A model generated the notes under the pieces. The model had not been told where the DNA came from, made no database searches, and saw only the letters and a program-made list of their open reading frames with translations. Made by a program: the position numbers and the translations under genes. Source: an uncultured Pseudohongiella sp. (lineage in GTDB: Bacteria; Pseudomonadota; Gammaproteobacteria; Pseudomonadales; Pseudohongiellaceae). Taken from it: a DNA stretch of 64,000 nucleotides. Shown here one piece after another: positions 58,036 to 64,000 of this stretch (position 1 is its first letter; every line of letters starts with the position of its first letter). The stretch is from the NCBI GenBank assembly GCA_964622925.1, contig CAZUSL010000181.1, positions 785 to 64,784 of the forward strand. The letters are read 5' to 3'.

Positions 58036-58970
58036 GCCGCCTCCCGCCGGTTCGCGTCTTCGGTTACCGTGCGGAACACGTCTTCGAGTTGCCCGCGCCG
58101 CACGTGAAATTCCTCGACGGGCCATTGCCGTTGCTGGGCGAGTTCGGAGATGCGCGCGAAAATCGGCTCGCCGGCGGAGAGAATCGTGAAACTCGCCTTG
58201 TCGAGCCGGTCCTGCTCGACGCCGGCGACTTCCGCCACGTCCGCCAGTTCCTGCGCGAGGTCGAATTCGCCGGCAAGGCGCACTTCAACCGCGTGGTGAT
58301 AGCGCGAGCGCGCTTCGAGTTCGGCCGGCGTGCCGTCGGCGACGATCCTGCCTTCGTCGATGATGATGGCCCGGGTGCATACCGCAGTCACTTCTTCGAG
58401 GATATGAGTGGAAACGACGACGATCTTGTCCCTGGCGAGGTTGCGGATCAGTTCGCGCACCTGGTTCTTCTGGTTCGGGTCGAGACCGTCGGTGGGCTCG
58501 TCGAGGATCAGCACCTTGGGATCGTGCAGAATCGCCTGGGCCAGTCCCACCCGGCGCTTGAATCCCTTGGACAAGGTTTCGATGGTCTGATACGCGACCG
58601 ATTCGAGCGCGACGTCGCGCATGACGCCGGCGATGCGCCGGTCCGCCTCTTCGCCGCGAAAGCCGCGGATGCGGGCGATGAAGCGCAGGAACTCCATCGT
58701 CGTCATGTCGCCGTAGCATGGCGCGCCTTCCGGTAAATAGCCGATCAGCGCCTTGGCTTCCAGCGGCCGGCCGCCGATATCGAAGCCGTCGATGGTGACG
58801 CTGCCGGCGCTCGGCGCAAGAAAGCCGGTGATGACTTTCATCGTGGTCGACTTGCCGGCGCCGTTCGGCCCGAGGAAGCCGAGCACCTCGCCTTCCCGAA
58901 CCTCGAAACTCAGATCGTCGACGGCGACGACCTGATCGAATTTCCTGGTCAGATTCCTGATCTCAATCAC
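58032..58970 (-). CDS. ABC transporter ATP-binding protein
   Basis: GPNGAGKSTT (Walker A), LSKGFKRRVGLA (signature) and LILDEPTDGLD (Walker B). GTG start. Confidence 0.9.
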   Translation of the reverse strand: MIEIRNLTRKFDQVVAVDDLSFEVREGEVLGFLGPNGAGKSTTMKVITGFLAPSAGSVTIDGFDIGGRPLEAKALIGYLPEGAPCYGDMTTMEFLRFIARIRGFRGEEADRRIAGVMRDVALESVAYQTIETLSKGFKRRVGLAQAILHDPKVLILDEPTDGLDPNQKNQVRELIRNLARDKIVVVSTHILEEVTAVCTRAIIIDEGRIVADGTPAELEARSRYHHAVEVRLAGEFDLAQELADVAEVAGVEQDRLDKASFTILSAGEPIFARISELAQQRQWPVEEFHVRRGQLEDVFRTVTEDANRREAA

Positions 58971-59101
58971 TGTTTACAAGATCCCCGGTCTATGCCCGAA
59001 CTATGTTCGAAACATCCTGGCCCGCACTCGGGCGCCCTTTTCAGGCACGCAAATATAAGTATGCCTTCGCTGATTTTCAAGATTGGGGGCAGGCAGGCGT
59101 G

Positions 59102-60451
59102 CTAGCGGCCCGCGCGGACGATGTGATCGTTGATCAGATTTTCCACCAGTTCCTGCTTGCCGCTGATCTGCGCGGGCTCTTCGGAGCCGGCGGCGATGTC
59201 GCGCAATGCCGCGAGATCGAGTTCCCGGTTTTCGAAGCGTTCGCCGTCGCCGGAATCGAAGCTGGCGTAGCGTCCCTGCCTGAGCGAGTGCATTCTCGGG
59301 TCGCCGAGGACGCTGTCGGCGATCAGCAGACCTCGCGCGAATGCGTCCATTCCGCCGATATGGGCGATGAACATGTCCTCGATATCGGTCGATTCCCGCC
59401 TGACCTTGGCGTCGAAGTTGAGTCCGCCGCGGCCGAGTCCGCCCGCTTCGAGCACGACCATCATGCCGTGGACGCAATCGTACAGGTCGAGGGGGAACTG
59501 GTCGGTGTCCCAGCCGTTTTGCGGGTCGCCGCGATTGGCGTCGATCGACCCTAACAAATCCGCGTCCGCCGCCATGCGCAGATCGTGGGCGAACGAGTGC
59601 CCAGCCAGGGTGGCGTGGTTCGCTTCGATGTTCAACTTGAAATCGCCCGCCAGCCCGTGGTGGCGCAGGAATCCGATCACCGTCTGGGCATCGAAATCGT
59701 ATTGATGCTTCATAGGCTCCATCGGTTTGGGTTCGATGAGGAAGGTGCCGTCGAAACCGATCGAACGGCCGTAGTCGCGGGCTTTTTCCAGGAAAATCGC
59801 CATGTGTTCGAGTTCTCTGCGCGTGTCGGTGTTCTGCAGGCAGGCATAACCTTCGCGCCCGCCCCAGAAAACGTAGTTGCCGCCGCCGAGTTCGACGGTT
59901 GCGTCCAGCGCCGCCTTGACCTGGGCCGCGGCTCGCGCGACGACGGCGAAATCGGGATTCGTCGCGGCGCCGTTCATGAAACGCGGATGGGAAAACAGGT
60001 TCGCCGTGCCCCATAGCAGCCGCAATCCGGTCTCGCGCTGCCGCTCCCCGGCGAGTTCGACCATCGCCCGCAGATTTTCTTCCGACTCCGCGACCGAGGC
60101 GCCTTCGCTGGCAAGATCGAAGTCGTGGAAGCACCAGAAAGGCACGTTCAACTTGCTGAAAAACTCGAAAGCGGCATCGAGCCGGTCGCGCGAGCGGTCC
60201 ATCGCGTCCGTTTTCACCGCCCAGGCGTGGCTGCGCGTTCCGGGCCCGAACGGGTCCGCGCCTTCGGCGCAAAACGTGTGCCAGTAACAGACGGCAAAGC
60301 GGAGGTGCTCTTCCATCGTCTTGCCCGCGACCACGCGCGCCGGGTCGTAGGCCTTGAAGGCAAGCGCATTGTCGGACTCGGATCCTTCGTATCGGATCTG
60401 CCCGATGCCGGGAAAGTACTCCCGGTCTCCGACGAAAACTTTTCGACTCAT
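59102..60451 (-). CDS. xylA: Xylose isomerase
   Basis: ATG 60451. [17 protein letters not shown] and [14 protein letters not shown] hallmarks. Confidence 0.95.
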   Translation of the reverse strand: MSRKVFVGDREYFPGIGQIRYEGSESDNALAFKAYDPARVVAGKTMEEHLRFAVCYWHTFCAEGADPFGPGTRSHAWAVKTDAMDRSRDRLDAAFEFFSKLNVPFWCFHDFDLASEGASVAESEENLRAMVELAGERQRETGLRLLWGTANLFSHPRFMNGAATNPDFAVVARAAAQVKAALDATVELGGGNYVFWGGREGYACLQNTDTRRELEHMAIFLEKARDYGRSIGFDGTFLIEPKPMEPMKHQYDFDAQTVIGFLRHHGLAGDFKLNIEANHATLAGHSFAHDLRMAADADLLGSIDANRGDPQNGWDTDQFPLDLYDCVHGMMVVLEAGGLGRGGLNFDAKVRRESTDIEDMFIAHIGGMDAFARGLLIADSVLGDPRMHSLRQGRYASFDSGDGERFENRELDLAALRDIAAGSEEPAQISGKQELVENLINDHIVRAGR

Positions 60452-60491
60452 TTTCTCTACCTTTTTCAAGTTCCGGTCTTCGATTTCGGGC

Positions 60492-61973
60492 TCAGGCGTA
60501 AAGCGAAGAGACCGCCTCCACCGCCTGCTGATATCGGCCATAGGCGTCTTCGTAGAATTTGACCGCTTCCTGCCTCGGCTCGCAACACAAGCCGTCGTTG
60601 CGAGTCAGATTCGCGCGGCAGATATCCGCGATTGAGGCGCCGGGTTTGAGCAATTGCATGGCTTGCAGGGCGGCCCCGAAAGCCGCGCCTTCCTCTTGTT
60701 CGTATACGGTTACCGGGGAGGCGCAGACGTCGGCGACGATTTGCCGCCATTCGCCGCTGTTGGCGCCGCCCCCGGTCAAAACGATGTTTTTTGCCTCCAC
60801 GCCGAGAGCGGCGAGTTCGTCAATGCCGAATTTCAATGCGAAGGTCGCGCCCTCGACCGCGGAGCGCAGGAAGTTTTCCGGCTTCATGTTGCGGCCGTCG
60901 AGGCCGACGATGCAGCCGCGGGCTCTGGGAAGATTCGGCGTACGTTCGCCATTGAAGAAGGGCAGCGTAATTACTCCTTCGGATCCGCGCGGCGCGAGAC
61001 TTACCTGCGATTCGAATCTCGTCAGGTCGACGCCGAGCAGATCCCGCATCAGTTCCGTCGTGACGGTGCAATTCATCGTGCAAAGCAATGGCAGCCAGCC
61101 GCCGGTCGACGAACAGAAAGCCGCGATGTTGCCTTTCGGGTCGATCACGGGGATCTCCGCAAAGGCATAGACCGTGCCCGAGGTGCCCAGGCTCATCGTG
61201 ACGTTGCCGGGGCTGACATTGCCGGTGCCGATGGCGCCCATCATGTTGTCGCCGCCGCCGATGGCCACGGGTATGCCGGCTGGAATGCCGAGTTCCGCGG
61301 CCGCGGCGGCGCGCAGCCCGCCGACCGCCTCGTTATCGATGCGCAGGGGAGGCAGGCATTCGCCGAGGTCGCGGTCTGGGTCGACCGCGCGCAACATCGG
61401 CCGCGACCAGTCGCGTTCGCTGATATCGAGCAGGCCGGTGCCGGAGGCGTCGCCCGCTTCCATGCAGCGCTCGCCGGTCAGATAGAGATTGAGGTAGTCG
61501 TGGGGCAGCAGAATGGCGTCGAGTTTTTCGTACGCTTGCGGGCGGTTTTTCTTCAGCCAGCGGATTTTCGATGCCGTGTAACCGGGAAGGATCGGATTTC
61601 CCGCCTGTTCGATGCAGGCATCGAAACCGCCCGCTTCGCGCATGATTTCGGCGCATTCGACTTCGGTCGAGGTGTCGCACCACAACTTCACCGGCGCCAG
61701 CACCGAATCGGCTGCATCGACGGCGACGAAACCGTGTTGCTGGCCGGAAACCGCAATCGCCCGGGCGGAAGCGCGAAGTTTCGGATCGACCCTCGAAAAC
61801 GCGACCTTCAGCGCGGACAGCCACCAGTCGGCCTGCTGCTCCGCGGCGCCGCTTTCGTCCTGATGCAGTTCCAGCGGAGCGGATTCCACCGCCGCGACTG
61901 TGCGCAAGTCCACATCGTAAAACACCAGCTTGAGCGCCTGGGTGCCCAGATCAATGCCGACGACGGTGTTCAA
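60492..61973 (-). CDS. xylB: Xylulokinase (FGGY family)
   Basis: [18 protein letters not shown] and GGGANS segments. It lies directly upstream of xylA. Confidence 0.88.
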   Translation of the reverse strand: MNTVVGIDLGTQALKLVFYDVDLRTVAAVESAPLELHQDESGAAEQQADWWLSALKVAFSRVDPKLRASARAIAVSGQQHGFVAVDAADSVLAPVKLWCDTSTEVECAEIMREAGGFDACIEQAGNPILPGYTASKIRWLKKNRPQAYEKLDAILLPHDYLNLYLTGERCMEAGDASGTGLLDISERDWSRPMLRAVDPDRDLGECLPPLRIDNEAVGGLRAAAAAELGIPAGIPVAIGGGDNMMGAIGTGNVSPGNVTMSLGTSGTVYAFAEIPVIDPKGNIAAFCSSTGGWLPLLCTMNCTVTTELMRDLLGVDLTRFESQVSLAPRGSEGVITLPFFNGERTPNLPRARGCIVGLDGRNMKPENFLRSAVEGATFALKFGIDELAALGVEAKNIVLTGGGANSGEWRQIVADVCASPVTVYEQEEGAAFGAALQAMQLLKPGASIADICRANLTRNDGLCCEPRQEAVKFYEDAYGRYQQAVEAVSSLYA

Positions 61974-62080
61974 AGTCGTTTTTCCATTTGATTTTCTGCC
62001 CGCTTGTCCTGTTTACAAGACCCGCGTAATCGTAGATTCTTGACCAGCCTGAAACAAGGAGCAAACTCAGGATCCGGCCC

Positions 62081-63748
62081 ATGCCTTCGCTCAGCACATT
62101 CGACTGGATTGTCATCGCCGCCTATTTCGGCGTGTTGCTGGCGCTGGTACTGTCGGTCACGCGCCGGCAGCAGACCTCGACCGATTACTTTCTCGCCGGC
62201 CGCAATGTTGGATTCTTCGCCATCGGCGCGTCGATTTTCGCATCGAACATCGGCTCCGAGCACATTGTCGGCCTGGCGGGGCAAGGCGCGTCCACCGGGC
62301 TCGCCATGGCGCATTACGAGTTGCATGCGTGGATCGTCGTCCTGCTCGCCTGGGTCTTCGTTCCCTTCTATTACCAGGCCGGCGTGTTCACCATGCCGGA
62401 ATTTCTCGAGCGGCGGTTCGGTCCGGCGCCGCGCTGGATTCTGTCGCTGGTGTCGCTCGCGGCCTATGTGCTGACCAAGGTTTCCGTTACCGTCTATGCC
62501 GGGGCGATCATCTTCAGCACCTTGCTGCCCGACACGTTTGGCAGCCCGGAGGCGGCGTTCTGGGTTGGCGCCGTCGTGACGGTTCTGCTTACCGGCTTGT
62601 ACACCGTCGCCGGAGGCCTGCGGGCGGTGCTGTACACCGATTCCGCCCAGGCAATAGTGCTCTTGATCGGCTCAGGAGCCATCACCTGGTTCGGCTTGCA
62701 GCAGCTCGGCGGTTGGGGCGAATTGCAAGCCTTCGCGGCGGCCAATGTCGCCGAATACGCCCTTTGGCGGCCCCTTTCCGATCCTGAATTTCCCTGGCTC
62801 GGCATCCTGATCGCATCGCCCATCGTCGGCATTTGGTACTGGTGTACCGACCAGTACATCGTCCAGCGCACCCTGGCGGCGAAAAACCTGACCGAAGCGC
62901 GGCGCGGCGCGCTCTGGGGCGCTTTTCTCAAAGTCTGGCCGGTTTTCATCTTTCTCGTGCCGGGGCTGATCGGCGCCGCTCTCAACGCCAGGGGATTGTT
63001 GCAGATTCCGCTCGACTCAGCAGGTAATCCGGTTGGCGATCAGGTTTTCCCGACGATGGTGGTTTCCCTGCTGCCGGCGGGTTTGCGCGGGCTCGTCGTA
63101 GCAGGATTGCTTGCGGCGCTGATGAGTTCACTGTCCTCGTTGTTCAATTCCACCGCGACGCTGTTTACCGTCGATATCTACGAAAAATTGAGACCGAAGG
63201 CCACCGAGCAGCAAATTGTTGCAGTCGGCAGGATGGCGACCGGGGTGGTCATCGTCCTCGGCCTGATCTGGATTCCGATCATGCCGGCAATTTCAGAGGG
63301 TGGCCTTTATCAATACCTACAGAATGTCCAGAGCTATCTCGCGCCGCCGATCACGGCAGTGTTTCTGCTCGGGATTTTCAATCAGCGCGTCAATTCACGG
63401 GGCGCGGTGTGGGGAATGGGCCTCGGCTTCGTGCTCGGCATGACCAAGCTCGGCCTGCAGGCGGTATTCGGCGCCGGCAAGATCGAGAATCCGGCCTTGC
63501 TGGCCGCGATAGCCGATCTCAATTTCCTGTACTTTTCCGGGCTGCTGTTCCTGATTTGCCTCGGCGTGATTATCGTGTTCTCCCGCGGGGAGGCTGCGCC
63601 GGAACCGGCACAGCTTCGCGGCCTGACCCTGGCGCACATGGACCGCGAGGCAGTGCGCGCGAGCTGGAACAGAAAGGATGTCGCTGCCACCGCGGTCGTC
63701 CTCGGCCTCGTCGCCACCGTGTACCTGTACTTCTCCTTCTGGGTCTAG
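62081..63748 (+). CDS. Sodium:solute symporter (SGLT-like sugar transporter)
   Basis: DYFLAGRNVGFFAIGASIFASNIGSEHIVGLAG and about 14 TM helices. It is divergent from xylBA. Confidence 0.9.
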   Translation: MPSLSTFDWIVIAAYFGVLLALVLSVTRRQQTSTDYFLAGRNVGFFAIGASIFASNIGSEHIVGLAGQGASTGLAMAHYELHAWIVVLLAWVFVPFYYQAGVFTMPEFLERRFGPAPRWILSLVSLAAYVLTKVSVTVYAGAIIFSTLLPDTFGSPEAAFWVGAVVTVLLTGLYTVAGGLRAVLYTDSAQAIVLLIGSGAITWFGLQQLGGWGELQAFAAANVAEYALWRPLSDPEFPWLGILIASPIVGIWYWCTDQYIVQRTLAAKNLTEARRGALWGAFLKVWPVFIFLVPGLIGAALNARGLLQIPLDSAGNPVGDQVFPTMVVSLLPAGLRGLVVAGLLAALMSSLSSLFNSTATLFTVDIYEKLRPKATEQQIVAVGRMATGVVIVLGLIWIPIMPAISEGGLYQYLQNVQSYLAPPITAVFLLGIFNQRVNSRGAVWGMGLGFVLGMTKLGLQAVFGAGKIENPALLAAIADLNFLYFSGLLFLICLGVIIVFSRGEAAPEPAQLRGLTLAHMDREAVRASWNRKDVAATAVVLGLVATVYLYFSFWV

Positions 63749-63758
63749 GAGACTTTCC

Positions 63759-63911
63759 ATGGTGAACCACTCCCGAAGAACAGTCCGGCTTGCGTCATGG
63801 TTCATGGCGCTGTTCCTGCTGGCCGCCTGCGGCCAGAAGGGCGGTCTCGTGCGCCCGGAAGCTGCGGAATCCTTCACACAGCCCGGGCCGGCTGCCGTTA
63901 ATTCTCATTGA
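63759..63911 (+). CDS. Small lipoprotein (LppL/LptM-like)
   Basis: 50 aa with lipobox LLAAC followed by GQKGGL. It sits directly upstream of lysA, as I recall for lppL-lysA in pseudomonads. Confidence 0.5.
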   Translation: MVNHSRRTVRLASWFMALFLLAACGQKGGLVRPEAAESFTQPGPAAVNSH

Positions 63912-63935
63912 GTTCTTCTTTCAGAGCCGAAAACG

Positions 63936-64000
63936 ATGGATCACTTCCTGTATCGCGGCGAGGAATTGTTTGCCGAAGACGTAGCCGTTGCCGAAATCGC
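63936..64000 (+). CDS. lysA: Diaminopimelate decarboxylase, N-terminal fragment (continues beyond window)
   Basis: MDHFLYRGEELFAEDVAVAEI matches the usual LysA N-terminus. Only 21 codons are visible. Confidence 0.65.
   Translation, partial: MDHFLYRGEELFAEDVAVAEI

Noticed and set aside
59020-59045. GCCCG-CACT-CGGGC hairpin followed by CCCTTTT, a possible terminator
   Set aside because: The T-tract is on the + strand, but both neighbouring genes (xylA and the ABC ATPase) are on the - strand. The stem is only 5 bp.
59001-61991. ORFs 59001..60272 (-, other frame) and 60654..61991 (+) overlapping xylA/xylB
   Set aside because: Arg-rich shadow frames. xylA and xylB motifs lie in the reported frames.

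Overview
GC-rich proteobacterial (probably gammaproteobacterial) chromosome segment. Most of it is core or carbohydrate-uptake DNA. In order: a sugar-porter/GH/GH3 cluster, ccoNOQP, a TonB-dependent receptor locus with two tryptophan-halogenase-like genes plus SapC and a cupin, then cysQ, yrfG-hslR, gshA and dsbB. These are followed by a radical-SAM/glycosyltransferase operon, a DedA-flavoprotein cluster, hemB, trxA, a leucine dehydrogenase/Lrp pair, rho, ubiD, argH-hemCDXY, an adenosine-deaminase gene, an OmpR/EnvZ-type two-component pair, a GldAFG-like ABC system, xylAB with an SSS symporter, and lysA. The standout is an AT-richer insert of about 10.5 kb (about 18.64-29.15 kb) with no integrase, lying between a SAM-methyltransferase gene and gshA. 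It carries eight ORFs: a GIY-YIG-like protein, a DGQHR (DndB-like) protein, a 274-aa protein with no recognisable domain, a short SNF2 helicase, a translationally coupled DUF4007-like / 1163-aa P-loop ATPase / PAPS-reductase (PP-loop) triad, and an orphan AbrB-type antitoxin. I read it as an Ssp-type DNA phosphorothioation module (SspBCD-like, no sspA and no sspE) coupled to a helicase-based, SspFGH-like or novel effector module with an extra GIY-YIG gene. A second small accessory islet carries an autoinhibited Fic protein with repeat structures upstream. All family calls come from motifs read by eye. No HMM, BLAST or GC computation was run.
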